Shown here one piece after another: positions 47,903 through 56,345 of a stretch of DNA of 64,000 nt. The number at the start of each line of letters is the position of its first letter. The first letter of the stretch is position 1. Source of the DNA: Candidatus Ozemobacteraceae bacterium (GTDB lineage Bacteria > Muiribacteriota > Ozemobacteria > Ozemobacterales > Ozemobacteraceae); contig OZ223236.1 in assembly GCA_965140445.1 (NCBI GenBank), positions 512,001-576,000 on the forward strand, in the 5' to 3' direction. The position numbers and the translations under genes were made by a program. The notes below the pieces were generated by a model. It did not search any database. It saw nothing but the letters and a program-made list of their open reading frames with translations, and had not been told where the DNA came from.

Positions 47903-48985
47903 ACACGATGAGTGAATTGATCTTTGAAAAACGAATTGGTAGCCGCGAAACAGTAACTTCTGAACTCCGGTAAGCCATGGGAAACGACGACTAAAGACGG
48001 ATGCAGATGTCTGGCAACAGGCAAAACGGTTCGAAAGGGAAACAATAACCTCGGGAGTCACCTGGCCAAAGAAGAAGTTAAGGTTAAAAGGCAAGAAATA
48101 CATAGGGGGAGGGTTCCGCTAGACGGAATTACCAACTTCGAATGCAGAAAAACTCTAAGAGGGAACAAAACCCTGAAAGAGGAAGGAGCAATCCAGGGCA
48201 ATCGAAGCCTGATACCCCAAAGTAGAAAAGGTCATGAAAGTTGCAATCGCATCTGATGGGTGAAACTTGAGGATGTAAGAGGCGCTTCAAATCGGGATCA
48301 AAACTTCAGGACTCGATCGAATCTCATGATGGGAACCAGCTACTTGTAGCAAGGGGCCAGAAAAAGGCATATTCGCATTAGACTAAAACTATGACGAATG
48401 GGTAGGGGGAAACTACCACTGATTTCTGGAAGAAATCCATGAAGGGACGATAACGGTGAAGGAGTAAGACAGCTGTAAACGGGTGTCGATCGATTTGGGG
48501 CTAGACTTTGAAGACCATGACCCTGCGAGTGCTAGTGAGGTGGAATAAACTCACAGATCAAAATGGGCGTTAATCCTGTTGAGAGGTTGCGAAAACCTGG
48601 GAATGGGATGCGGTAGGTGTGGAAGCCTGCTTGTCACGAACTTTTGATTATGGCGCTGATAGGGAAGAAACCTGAGAAGGCGTCGGATAATCCAACCGAT
48701 GAGACTACTTGAAAGAACCTTGAAGTCGGCAGAAATCTATAAGAGGATAGAACGAAAACGGAACACCGCCATTTTCTGGTGATTGTATCGAGGGCCTCGG
48801 GGACGACGAACGTCTGAGGCTTGGCGTAACCAATATGCGTCATAGTGCGATCATGTTAAAACTCTAGAAGAGATGTAACGACAAGAAGGGGTAATCAAAC
48901 CTGGTAACGGGGGCGATAAACCAAATAGTGAAAGTCTTCATGAAGGACAACCAATTCACAGAAATCAACCATTCAAAGTGTATTA
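47903..48985 (+). ncRNA. Candidate large structured non-coding RNA (~1.1 kb), class unassigned
   Basis: No credible ORF; GC ~50% in sampled lines against AT-rich flanks; promoter and terminator bracket it; many hairpins incl. GNRA loops; 5'/3' end complementarity; repeated internal motif. Confidence 0.72.
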
Positions 48986-49020
48986 GCAGGCTCCGGTTAA
49001 ACGGAGCCTGTTTCTATTTT
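48986..49020 (+). terminator. Intrinsic terminator closing the ncRNA unit
   Basis: GCAGGCTCCG-gttaaa-CGGAGCCTGT followed by TTCTATTTT. Confidence 0.85.
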
Positions 49021-49167
49021 AGCTAAATTCAAGTTTTGAATTTTAACTTTCAATTTAACCATTTCTGTTATCAGAAGCTCAAAAATCGCCATTTAAACCT
49101 GTTTTTCCACACAGAAATGAAAGATGTGCCATACTGGTCTGAAAGCAGACTTCATGGAGGATCCAGC

Positions 49168-50076
49168 ATGAAAAAAGCCCTTTTAGTTTTCATTCTCATT
49201 TTTTTTACTAGTGTTTCTGGTTTTGCTCAATTCCCAGAGAGGAAATACCAAAAGAACGGCATTTTCTATTATAAAATGACAGGTCTGAATGACGGCCGAA
49301 GATATGAGGCAATATCTCGTCATAGAGTAATTGAAATACAAGGAAATTTTCATGAAGAAATTTCCTGGATACAATTAAAAAGTGATGGGGAAAATATTGA
49401 CTTAAAGCCCCTCAAAGATTTTACACAACTTCTTTCTTTGGATAAAAATTTTCATGGAACTCCTCCAGATATTTCAAAAATTCCACCACAACTTAGAAAG
49501 TTTATTTTGGGCCCCATCTTTGATTTGATGACTTTCTATGTAGACTTGAATCCAAGACTTTTTTTGACAAAAATGAAGGAATTGGAACTTGGCCAACCCA
49601 TTCATATTCCTTATAACAAACCTTCTTCGTGGGCAGATGGAGAATTTCTCTTAATTGGAGAGGATTGCATTGATTTCAAGCTGACATTTCAGGAGCAAAC
49701 TCTTAATAAAGCTTTAATGAGAGTTGAACATTTCCCACCTTCGGAGAATTTAAAAATCAACCTTCCAGAAAAATGGATGCAGGATGTTTTTCCAAATGGA
49801 AAGACTAACTGGATTCAAATTTCTAAAATTCCTGGTAAAGGTGAAAAACTTTTTGTTTCTTATGGGTATGAATACTTTGATGTTCATATTTATATCGACA
49901 CTAAAGATGGAAAAATTCTCTCAGCCAATATGTATAACCCGGTTGAAATAATGAATAGAGTTTGTAGTAAATTCCAAAAGCTGGAAAACAACCAATTGAA
50001 ATTGTTAGAGTGTAGTGAAGCCGAGTATAAGCATACTTATCGAAGCATTTCCTTAAAGCTGCTCAAAAAACTATAA
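49168..50076 (+). CDS. Exported hypothetical protein
   Basis: GGAGG RBS, signal peptide MKKALLVF...SGFA. Confidence 0.65.
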   Translation: MKKALLVFILIFFTSVSGFAQFPERKYQKNGIFYYKMTGLNDGRRYEAISRHRVIEIQGNFHEEISWIQLKSDGENIDLKPLKDFTQLLSLDKNFHGTPPDISKIPPQLRKFILGPIFDLMTFYVDLNPRLFLTKMKELELGQPIHIPYNKPSSWADGEFLLIGEDCIDFKLTFQEQTLNKALMRVEHFPPSENLKINLPEKWMQDVFPNGKTNWIQISKIPGKGEKLFVSYGYEYFDVHIYIDTKDGKILSANMYNPVEIMNRVCSKFQKLENNQLKLLECSEAEYKHTYRSISLKLLKKL

Positions 50077-50214
50077 TGGAATCAATAACCATACTGCCGG
50101 AAATGGGAAAATTGATTTTTAGCTATATATAGTGGCTGCTATAAAAATAAGATGTTATTAATTGGCTGCTGACTCGTAATTTTAGTATATAGATTTTTTT
50201 GGGGAGAGAAGATA

Positions 50215-51351
50215 ATGAGAAAAGTAAAACAAGTTCTAGTCTGTTTTTTTCTAATTTGTTCCATATTTTCTACTGGTTGCGATGCCAGCAAAATTGGAGA
50301 AATCATACAAAAAGTTGCTGACGGAATTCAGCAGGCAATTCCTGCAATTCAGCAAATAGTTCAAACGGTAACCCAAACTGTTCAGTCGATTAAATCTACT
50401 TTGGACAATAGTGATCCCAACCGAACTTCACAAAACTCTACAAACGTTACACCCTCACCTACAGAAACAAATACCTCTGGTTCAGATGCGACGGTGCAAA
50501 TTACGACGCCTGGAGATTCTGAAGGATTGCCAGATACTTCTGCTAATAATGTTTCTGGCACTACCACTACAACTAACACAAATATTCCCTCCAGCTCAGG
50601 GCAAGAGTCTGGAACCAGTTTTATGGAAAGAACCGCAAATATGTCCAGGGCACAAAAGGATCAGGCAATTGTTCAGGCAATCACCTCTGGTAATATGCCT
50701 GGCTTTTTGCGTAATTTTAAAGACGTTACTGTTAACCGTAGGCTCAGTGACGGAAGAACACATACCATTACGTATAAAGTTATGCCGGACTATCTTGCCA
50801 TAGGTTCAGATAGTGATTTTGTAAGAACTCCTATGACGCCAGATGCGGCACAGCAGATTGCTGATCAATTTGGTTGCATACTTCCAACAACACAGATGGT
50901 TGATGATATCTACTCAAGTTCTCAGACAAAACTTTCACCAAGACCAATGTCTGGTGGTGCTTATCCGAACTGGGAATCACGAATGACTCAAAATGAATTT
51001 TTTAATGAGCATCAGCGTTTGCTAAATGCACAAACTCAACAGGCAGGCCATACTAACGGAAATCTTGTAGCCGGACATAAAAAAGACATTGTAATCACCA
51101 ATCGACTAAATAGTAATCCAGGAAAAGTTGCTATTTACGGCTGGCATCAGACGAATGGTCGCCCAATCCAGAATCTGACCACCGTGCATTCAAAGGACTA
51201 TGCTGATTATAGCCACGGAGTTCGTCTCATTCAGAAAAAAGTCATTGTAGATGGTCGAGAAATGGATATAGAAGACGTTCTTCGTGATCCAATACTTTCT
51301 GGGCTGTTGAGCAATGAAGGACCAATAAATAACTCAAGCGCTGTAAGATAA
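50215..51351 (+). CDS. Lipoprotein with Ser/Thr linker and uncharacterised conserved-looking C-terminal domain
   Basis: Lipobox STGC; AGHKKD, VAIYGWH, PIQ..VH..YADYSHGVRL. Confidence 0.65.
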   Translation: MRKVKQVLVCFFLICSIFSTGCDASKIGEIIQKVADGIQQAIPAIQQIVQTVTQTVQSIKSTLDNSDPNRTSQNSTNVTPSPTETNTSGSDATVQITTPGDSEGLPDTSANNVSGTTTTTNTNIPSSSGQESGTSFMERTANMSRAQKDQAIVQAITSGNMPGFLRNFKDVTVNRRLSDGRTHTITYKVMPDYLAIGSDSDFVRTPMTPDAAQQIADQFGCILPTTQMVDDIYSSSQTKLSPRPMSGGAYPNWESRMTQNEFFNEHQRLLNAQTQQAGHTNGNLVAGHKKDIVITNRLNSNPGKVAIYGWHQTNGRPIQNLTTVHSKDYADYSHGVRLIQKKVIVDGREMDIEDVLRDPILSGLLSNEGPINNSSAVR

Positions 51352-51434
51352 TCTTTGATCACTTTAAAGCTATTTTGTTTTGGACGTTCCCTTTGAGATT
51401 TTTCAAATCAAGATCTGGTAGCTTAAAAAAAAGT

Positions 51435-51469
51435 AATAAAACCCCCGCTAAGAAAGCGGGGGTTTTATT
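51435..51469. terminator. Bidirectional terminator
   Basis: AATAAAACCCCCGCT-aagaa-AGCGGGGGTTTTATT. Confidence 0.85.
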
Positions 51470-51509
51470 GTCAAAAAAAATTAGTGGTGATTCTCTTTTT
51501 ACGAGGAAC

Positions 51510-52103
51510 TTATGCGGCTTTAAAATCTCCCAATGGAAGAACTTTCTTGCCATAAACTTCATTTAAAACTTGAGCTATTGCGGTATAGATAGCAGAAGCG
51601 CCACAAATAATTCCCTCAAATCCCGTAATATGTTTAAATGTTTCGTTTCCAGTTGCATCGCCTATTGCAAGCATAAAGAAGAGAATTGTAAGTGATCCAA
51701 AAACAAACTGAAGTGCTCTGGAAAGTCTTAAGGTTCCAATAAACATAAGCAATGTAAAAGTTCCCCACATTGATAAGTAACAAATCATTGCGGTATTAGA
51801 AGTTTTTTCTACCAGGCCAAGTTTTGGCAGAACAATTAAAACCACAAGGGTAAGCCAGAAAAATCCATAAGAGGTAAAAGCTGTTAAGCCAAAAGTATTA
51901 TTTTTTTTCCATTCCATAAAACCAGCAAGAATTTGAGCCATTCCTCCATAAAATATTCCCATGGCTAGAATCATTGAATTTAGTTCATAGAAACCGGCAT
52001 TGTGAATATTCAAAAGAACCGTTGTCATTCCAAAGGCAAGAAGGCCTAATGGTGCTGGATTTGCAGTAGTGTCATTGACTGTGTAACTGTTGTTGGGTGT
52101 CAT
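51510..52103 (-). CDS. satP: Acetate/succinate uptake transporter (GPR1/FUN34/YaaH)
   Basis: [36 protein letters not shown]. Confidence 0.9.
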   Translation of the reverse strand: MTPNNSYTVNDTTANPAPLGLLAFGMTTVLLNIHNAGFYELNSMILAMGIFYGGMAQILAGFMEWKKNNTFGLTAFTSYGFFWLTLVVLIVLPKLGLVEKTSNTAMICYLSMWGTFTLLMFIGTLRLSRALQFVFGSLTILFFMLAIGDATGNETFKHITGFEGIICGASAIYTAIAQVLNEVYGKKVLPLGDFKAA

Positions 52104-52270
52104 GTGGTAACTCCTATTGTATATATTGCTGTGTGTGTGTGGAAAATGCGAATGGGCATTCTAAGTGTAAACCCCTATGAATGCAAGCTATTCATGTAAA
52201 TAACCAAAAATAGTAAGATTGATTTACGTGCTTTTGGTATACTGAATTTAAGATTCATTGGGAGATAAAA

Positions 52271-52840
52271 ATGACCGAATTAAATTTGTCTGAGGGGTTA
52301 AAAAGGCTTTTCGAAAAAGAAGGTAAGGTATATAAGATCTTCTGGGGTCTTGTGCCGTTTCATCTGATTTTCTTTTCAATTTTGAGCTATGTAATGGTGA
52401 ATATTGTTAAATTTAAGCCAATTTTAGCCACTGATTTGCATATGATAATTCTTTTTGTTGCAGGCTCAGCTGTTGTTTCTGTAAGTATTTCAGGGGTTGC
52501 CATCACAAAATGGGCATTCAATTCGTTGGCTAATCAAAATGCTGAAACCATAAACTTAAAAGCTGATGAAGAAGGAGCTTCGGATTCATTTAACAAGCTT
52601 GCGGCGAATATGTTTAGTAAAGTCAAACCAATGCTACTTGTAGGTGTTCTTTTGTGCGATTCTGCCATCAATATTGCGTTTATAATTTCTTTATTAACCG
52701 GGCAATTGTACTTTGTTTATGGCGTTTCGTTATTTTCTCTTCTGGTTTGGAAGGTTTTCATTTATTCACCGACTGAATTTGAATCCAAATTTACTCTGAT
52801 ATTTGCTGAGAAGGTAAAAATGGCCAATCGGGAAAATTAA
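52271..52840 (+). CDS. Membrane hypothetical protein
   Basis: GGAG RBS, about 4 TM segments. Confidence 0.55.
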   Translation: MTELNLSEGLKRLFEKEGKVYKIFWGLVPFHLIFFSILSYVMVNIVKFKPILATDLHMIILFVAGSAVVSVSISGVAITKWAFNSLANQNAETINLKADEEGASDSFNKLAANMFSKVKPMLLVGVLLCDSAINIAFIISLLTGQLYFVYGVSLFSLLVWKVFIYSPTEFESKFTLIFAEKVKMANREN

Positions 52841-52889
52841 AAATTCCCCTTAACCATTTTCATTTGATCTCTTATTAAAGGAGAATCAA

Positions 52890-53351
52890 ATGTCTAACCT
52901 TAAAACTAAAAACGCCAGATTTTTTTCTGAAAACTCAGTTTTAATGACTTCTGTGACGGTAAAAGTCAAAAGTGGCACCTCGCGTCTAACTATTCCCCAA
53001 ATTAGCAGCCTTTTAACTGATGTGTGGCACTCTACAAATTCCTGGTTAGTTTGGAAGTATTTGATCATGCCTGATTCAATCCACATACTTTGTCGACCAT
53101 CTCTTGTATCTGCTATTTCTGTAAAAAAATGGATTGGATTTTGGAAAAAACAGATAGAAGTTAATTGGCCACAAGAATTGCCAATAAATCCACGAGCAAA
53201 AAACGATAAATTGGATTGGAAAATTTTTGTTAGAAAAGCAAGGCCTTCAAGATGGGGAAATTATCTTAAGAAGCCTGTCAAAGAAGGGTTAGTTTCAAAG
53301 TTTGATGATTGGCCCTTTAAGGGCGAAGTTTATCCAATTGAAATGAGTTGA
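52890..53351 (+). CDS. Degenerate Y1/REP-associated tyrosine transposase (RAYT)-like protein
   Basis: YLIMPDSIHIL (HUH motif normally MPDHxH), NYLKKPVKEGLV...DWPF. Confidence 0.6.
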   Translation: MSNLKTKNARFFSENSVLMTSVTVKVKSGTSRLTIPQISSLLTDVWHSTNSWLVWKYLIMPDSIHILCRPSLVSAISVKKWIGFWKKQIEVNWPQELPINPRAKNDKLDWKIFVRKARPSRWGNYLKKPVKEGLVSKFDDWPFKGEVYPIEMS

Positions 53352-53533
53352 ATCAATTGGATGAATTGCTTTTTTCTTCATGGGGATTGGTAGAATTTGC
53401 CATTTGAGATGGGAAATTTGAAAATACGTTAATTGAAATTATAAGCGCGGCATTATTCAGGTTTTGTTCTCTTTCTTGCGGTAAATTTGATTCGTCAGTA
53501 TAATTTTTGTGTACTTGTACGTCCGGAGGAGTT

Positions 53534-54796
53534 ATGCAATCTTTTAGAAACAAAATCAGAATTTTTATAATACTGATTTTTGCTATATCAATTTCAGTTT
53601 CTCTTTTTGCAGGAAATAGCTGGGAACCAAATCTAACTCCAGTTTCTTTGGTCGATAAAAACAACGAAGAAATCATTTTAGACAATGTTCGCTGGGGATT
53701 TAAATATGATGGAAAAGAATTTAAAACCGTTTATAAGCGGGCAAAAATTCGATTTGACCAGGTAGAAAGTATTTTATTCTGCACGGAGGATTTTCCTCCA
53801 AAATGCGTTGCTTCACATATTTACCTGACGTTTATCTTCAAGTCTGACAAGGGAATGGTTACAGCTGATGGGAAGCACTCGGCAAAAGGTGTGGTTATTT
53901 CTGTAACTAATCGGCTTAGAAAAGGAGAAGCGGCTTCTTCACTAACAAAAGCTTTTTTCCCTAAGCGAACAAAAGATCCATGGCCTTTAGTATTTGAGGT
54001 CGGGACCTTAGCTGATAGACTTCAAAATAGTATGTTTGTTTGTGGAAATGACATTAAAATGTATCCTCTAAAGCTATCTTCAAAGCTAGTTGAGCAGGTT
54101 TTTAGGTCAGGTATTGAACTTTCACTGGTGGACAGATCTAAAGATTTTTATCATGTTCTTTTTAACAATTGCGTTGTTGGGGCTTTTAAAATATTGAAAA
54201 AAGGTCTGGGAGAGAAATATTTTCCAGACTTTTGGACAATAAAAGGAAAGCTGGTTAGCCATAAGGTTTCTTTACCGAAATTAAGTGCCGGGTATCTTAA
54301 GAAAAAGGGATTAAACAACAAAAAGTATGAAATCCCGCACTCTTCAAGATTTGTAACCCTACCCTCCTCTCGCGGTAAAATTGTTTTTGATATGACAAAA
54401 ATGGAGGGATATGCGCGGGCTATTCCTGCTATTATTCCATTTGCTATTGAATTACAAAATTATTTTGAGTTATCTCAGGTTTCTTCTGATATGCAACGTC
54501 TGGTAGATCTTGTTGGACCATCTCATCCAGATTGTTTTAAATATTTAGCAACTAAATCCCATGTGGATAATGAGAGGGAAGAGACAGCTGAAGCCATTTT
54601 GAAAATGCTAAAAGCAAATCAAATTGATTCATTAAATTACTATTTAGATGCGATTAAAAGGAATAGACTAAATCGTAATTTTGGATTTTCGGAAATTAAC
54701 TCGTCGTTAGTTAACTTTTTGAAGTTTGAGATTTCCCACGACCCGCAAAAAAAATCAGCTTTGCAGAGCTACTATGATTCGTTAAGGAAGTTCTAA
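53534..54796 (+). CDS. Exported protein, DUF4105-like
   Basis: Signal peptide, SHIYLTF, MYPLKL, FYHVLFNNC. Confidence 0.5.
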   Translation: MQSFRNKIRIFIILIFAISISVSLFAGNSWEPNLTPVSLVDKNNEEIILDNVRWGFKYDGKEFKTVYKRAKIRFDQVESILFCTEDFPPKCVASHIYLTFIFKSDKGMVTADGKHSAKGVVISVTNRLRKGEAASSLTKAFFPKRTKDPWPLVFEVGTLADRLQNSMFVCGNDIKMYPLKLSSKLVEQVFRSGIELSLVDRSKDFYHVLFNNCVVGAFKILKKGLGEKYFPDFWTIKGKLVSHKVSLPKLSAGYLKKKGLNNKKYEIPHSSRFVTLPSSRGKIVFDMTKMEGYARAIPAIIPFAIELQNYFELSQVSSDMQRLVDLVGPSHPDCFKYLATKSHVDNEREETAEAILKMLKANQIDSLNYYLDAIKRNRLNRNFGFSEINSSLVNFLKFEISHDPQKKSALQSYYDSLRKF

Positions 54797-54799
54797 AAT

Positions 54800-55417
54800 T
54801 TGTATACACAAGTTCCCTATGACTTAGAGCAGAAATTGGAGAGAGAACTCCAGGCAGGTGAATCTGTAATTTATAAGGGAATGCCAATTCCTCGTTTTTT
54901 CCGCGCAGAAACCTTTGGAATTTTCCTTTTTGCTATACCTTGGACTGCTTTTGCTATTTTTTGGATGTGCGGTGCTGCTGGATTCAAAATTCCAGACTTT
55001 AGTAATGGTTTCAGCCCTTTTATGCTTTTTCCCTTATTTGGCTTGCCATTTGTTGGAATTGGTATTGGAATGCTTTCTTCACCTTTTTTTTCATATTGGC
55101 AGGAAACCAAAACTATTTATGCCATAACAAATAAAAGGATAATAATTATTAGCGGCATAAGAACAATAGAGATTCAGAGCTATGCATTGGATAAATTGGA
55201 GGGGATAGTTCGCAGAGAAAGGGGAGCGAAAGGGGATCTTATTTTTTCTTATAAACGCTGGAAAGATTCTGATGGAGATCATAGAACTCAGGAAATTGGG
55301 TTTTTCAATATTCTTGATGTGGTAACTGCACAACGGACCTTACAAAAGGCAATTGAAAAGTATCATGAAAATTTAACATCCAAGGCAGATCAAGGCGATT
55401 GGAAACTAAAAGAATAG
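54800..55417 (+). CDS. Membrane protein with bacterial PH-like domain
   Basis: GESVIY.G.P, 2 TMs, YAITNKRII, GDLIF. Confidence 0.6.
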   Translation: MYTQVPYDLEQKLERELQAGESVIYKGMPIPRFFRAETFGIFLFAIPWTAFAIFWMCGAAGFKIPDFSNGFSPFMLFPLFGLPFVGIGIGMLSSPFFSYWQETKTIYAITNKRIIIISGIRTIEIQSYALDKLEGIVRRERGAKGDLIFSYKRWKDSDGDHRTQEIGFFNILDVVTAQRTLQKAIEKYHENLTSKADQGDWKLKE

Positions 55418-55433
55418 TCTATAGAAATTTCTT

Positions 55434-56081
55434 TTATGTGTTGTAAGTGATTTCGAATGAGATCAGATGTTCCTTAAATTTCCAGGAGTCTTTTTTCCTG
55501 TAATCCAATCCGTAATAGACTTCCAGTTTTACATCTTTTTGTATGGATATTTGTTTCCCAATGGCAGGAATTAGCGTAGTCCATTCTTTTTTGTCCATAT
55601 CATAAAAAGCGCTACCCATAAGAAACAATTTTTGCTTTTTTCCAGTTGGTTTATAAAGTCTGATTCGATTTCCTACACGGTGTTTTATCGAGTTATTTGT
55701 AAAATCCTGGTAGTCGTATGAGATTCGGTAATCTAATTTTACAGTCTCAAATTGCTGATTAATTTGTAAACCCATTTCAAAACGATCTTCACCTGGTTTG
55801 TTTTTAGATTGAACAACATGTTTAAAGCCAGAATGAAAATCCATTTGGTCTAATTTTTTTATCCACCTTATCCCACCAGACCAGATCGCGTTCTCATCAT
55901 TTAGAGTATCAGCAGTCTTAGACGAAAAAATGAGTCTGATTTTTTCGTCATTGGATATTTTCCGATCAAATTGCGTGCAAAATAGCAGTTTTGCCTCATC
56001 ATTAGCAAAAATTCCAGATGATAAACATAGAAAAGCAGTTAAGAATACAAAAAGTAGTTTTTTGCTAAAGCTGTATTTCAT
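55434..56081 (-). CDS. Putative outer-membrane beta-barrel (DUF2490-like)
   Basis: Signal peptide, alternating beta strands, aromatic C-terminus. Confidence 0.45.
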   Translation of the reverse strand: MKYSFSKKLLFVFLTAFLCLSSGIFANDEAKLLFCTQFDRKISNDEKIRLIFSSKTADTLNDENAIWSGGIRWIKKLDQMDFHSGFKHVVQSKNKPGEDRFEMGLQINQQFETVKLDYRISYDYQDFTNNSIKHRVGNRIRLYKPTGKKQKLFLMGSAFYDMDKKEWTTLIPAIGKQISIQKDVKLEVYYGLDYRKKDSWKFKEHLISFEITYNT

Positions 56082-56345
56082 AGATATCTCCATCAGCAAT
56101 TTGATCAAATAGATTGTTAAACATTTAACAGTTTTTCTTTTCAGGATTCAAGGTATAAAAGCGAATGGTCAAAGTCATTGCAAAATTTGCTGCTGCATAG
56201 GAAAATGACGTTGAAGGGCTCTTTAATTTTTCAATTGAACTTCTGTATTTCGTTTGAACTCACATCTCTAATAAAGTTCGATTGGACTTGTTTAAATCTT
56301 TTCAGGGGCAAGAAATTTACTATTATATAACTTACCGGAGGAAAC

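Noticed and set aside
47879..48843. Short minus-strand ORFs 47879-48103 and 48634-48843
   Set aside because: No recognisable protein features, and they are antisense to a strong promoter-terminator unit; likely spurious.
48149..48947. CRISPR array
   Set aside because: Repeats are degenerate, bipartite and irregularly spaced; no cas genes in the window.
47903..48985. rRNA, tmRNA, RNase P or group II intron identity for the structured region
   Set aside because: I found no universal 16S/23S motifs, no tRNA-like ends, no GAGGAAAGUCC and no domain V or GUGYG 5' boundary. An Rfam scan is still needed.
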